Assembly: GCF_964355755.1 (NCBI RefSeq)
Contig: NC_092673.1
Span: forward strand, 13,674,948-13,738,947
Source of the DNA: Antedon mediterranea
Taxonomy: Eukaryota > Animalia > Echinodermata
Direction of reading: 5' to 3'
DNA: 64,000 nucleotides
Shown: positions 63,814 to 64,000 of the stretch, piece after piece
Numbering within the stretch: position 1 is the first letter of the stretch
How the letters are laid out: each line of letters begins with the position of its first letter
The notes under the pieces: model-generated
What the model saw: only the letters and a program-made list of their open reading frames with translations
What the model was told of the DNA's origin: nothing
Database searches by the model: none
Program-made: the position numbers and the translations under genes

Positions 63814-64000
63814 ATGTTGTTGTTCTTATAACTACAATGTTCATAACATAGCCCAATATTGGCGCGTTTTGATTGAAAACCCTTCAATATGACAGAAAAT
63901 TACATTATTTGACCTATATATTCCGTTTGAAGAGAAATCATATGTTTTTTATGTGTGTATTGCAATTTACATGTCATGAGTTTTAATTTGATACCAAACT

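Overview
AT-rich eukaryotic DNA with spliceosomal introns, most likely from a marine invertebrate (the repeat repertoire is echinoderm-like; this is inference). No conventional host gene is evident; the window is a densely nested transposon graveyard. The centrepiece (~8280-18715) is a Kolobok-type DNA transposon with two convergent intron-containing genes. One is a THAP + DDE transposase that is now a pseudogene. The other is an apparently intact 209-aa Cys-rich accessory gene (KolX-like, resembling the P2X7 cytoplasmic ballast/nanor domain). A related 2.9-kb non-autonomous element (2155-5052; 15-bp TIRs, TTAA TSD) and a second transposase remnant (~32.8-33.1 kb) are also present. Other content: a Penelope-like GIY-YIG fragment with two hammerhead-ribozyme motifs; Harbinger transposase and Myb/SANT remnants; an HMGXB3/KDZ(Zisupton)-like CxC remnant upstream of an OTU-protease remnant; MULE foldbacks and MITEs nested several levels deep with clean 9-10 bp TSDs; P-type excision-footprint-like scars; Helentron-type non-autonomous elements; a tRNA-derived SINE; CR1/L2/Rex LINE, Copia, hAT, pogo and Academ fragments; and a decayed protein-kinase gene. 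All family assignments come from motif recognition by eye, not database searches.
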